A stretch of 64,000 nt of DNA from Cyanobacteria bacterium auto_48_18 (GTDB taxonomy: Bacteria > Cyanobacteriota > Vampirovibrionia > Obscuribacterales > Obscuribacteraceae). The notes beneath the pieces were generated by a model. That model saw only the letters and a list, made by a program, of their open reading frames with translations. It had not been told where the DNA came from and searched no databases. The translations under genes were made by a program, and so were the position numbers. Shown piece by piece: positions 63,260 to 64,000 of this stretch. How positions within the stretch are numbered: the first letter of the stretch is position 1; every line of letters starts with the position of its first letter. The stretch covers positions 96,001-160,000 of the forward strand of contig JAVHQC010000015.1 in assembly GCA_036170915.1 (NCBI GenBank). Direction: 5' to 3'.

Positions 63260-64000
63260 ATGAAAGACCCTGTAAAGGCTTTCGCTAACCGCTGCCCGCT
63301 TTATTACGAGCGTTATGCCGGTAAAGAAGACGAGTTCGGTTATTCGCTTGAGACTTTCGCTAAATGGGAGGTACTCTTCCGCTTTCTCTACGAAGAGTAT
63401 TTCCATGTGGAAGTTCGGGGCATTGAGAACGTTCCGGCAGAGGGACGGGCAATTCTGGTTGGTAACCATTCAGGATTACTGCCCCTTGACGGAGCCATGA
63501 TTTCCATGGCTATGTGCAATCTGCATCCAAAACCGAGACGGGTTCGCTATCTCAGTACAGACTGGTTCTTCCAGGTGCCGGGGCTGGCTAGTTGGGTGAA
63601 AGAGACAGGGCAGGTGCGTGCCACACAAGACAATGCGCGCAAATTGCTGGGTATGGAAGAGCTTGTCGGTATCTATCCTGAAGGTATTCGAGGGGTGGGC
63701 AAACCTTTTAAGGAGCGTTACCGGGTACTCGATTTCCATCCAGGATTTATTCAATTAGCCATCGCTACGCAAAGCCCACTAATTGCAGTTGCCACCGTGG
63801 GCGGTGATGAAATATTTCCTGAGTTCGTCAATATGCACAAGATCGCTCGTTTCCTCAAAATGCCTTTCTTTCCAGTTACACTCGGATTCCCATGGCTACC
63901 CGCTCCACTCATGTTTATGCCTTTGCCGGTGCGTTGGATGATCAATGTACATAAGCCAATTAACCTCGGTTATCCGGCTGAAAAAGCTACAGATCGTAAA
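63260..64000 (+). CDS. PlsC-family (lyso)phospholipid acyltransferase, 3' end outside window
   Basis: MKDPVK...VEVRGIENVPAEGRAILVGNHSGLLPLDG (HX4-5D-type motif), IYPEG and GFIQLA; no stop before the window end. Confidence 0.88.
   Translation, partial: MKDPVKAFANRCPLYYERYAGKEDEFGYSLETFAKWEVLFRFLYEEYFHVEVRGIENVPAEGRAILVGNHSGLLPLDGAMISMAMCNLHPKPRRVRYLSTDWFFQVPGLASWVKETGQVRATQDNARKLLGMEELVGIYPEGIRGVGKPFKERYRVLDFHPGFIQLAIATQSPLIAVATVGGDEIFPEFVNMHKIARFLKMPFFPVTLGFPWLPAPLMFMPLPVRWMINVHKPINLGYPAEKATDRK

Overview
A 64-kb chromosomal window that is gene-dense and mostly housekeeping or envelope-related. It probably comes from a non-photosynthetic cyanobacterial relative (Vampirovibrionia/'Melainabacteria', Obscuribacterales-like). 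This is an inference from an RpaA-like regulator, a SigF-like sigma factor, a PilB with a cyanobacterial-type Cys-rich tail, a Ser/Thr kinase-LRR receptor and the absence of photosynthesis genes. In order, the window holds: a NatAB-type ABC exporter with a CAAX-protease-fused permease; a VapBC toxin-antitoxin module; a kinase-LRR gene; an unannotated 52-aa, 16-Cys metallothionein-like ORF; a PAS histidine kinase/OmpR pair; several secreted proteins; a type IV pilus locus (pilB-pilT-pilC, a frameshifted orphan gene, sigF, an ABC pair, pilD, a pilM-pilN fusion, pilO, pilP-like); an MBOAT acyltransferase with four DltD/SGNH-like paralogues; rpaA-like, htrA, plsY, der and a giant J-domain protein; acyP, dnaX and an adenosine/adenine deaminase that lacks a canonical start codon; an IS1595-like/DprA-winged-helix chimera; a CHASE2 kinase/NarL pair; a VIT-vWA protein; an HMA protein; dxs, recR, ybaB; and a partial PlsC-family acyltransferase. 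I found no rRNA, tRNA, CRISPR array or intact mobile element. All family calls come from motifs read by eye, with no database search.
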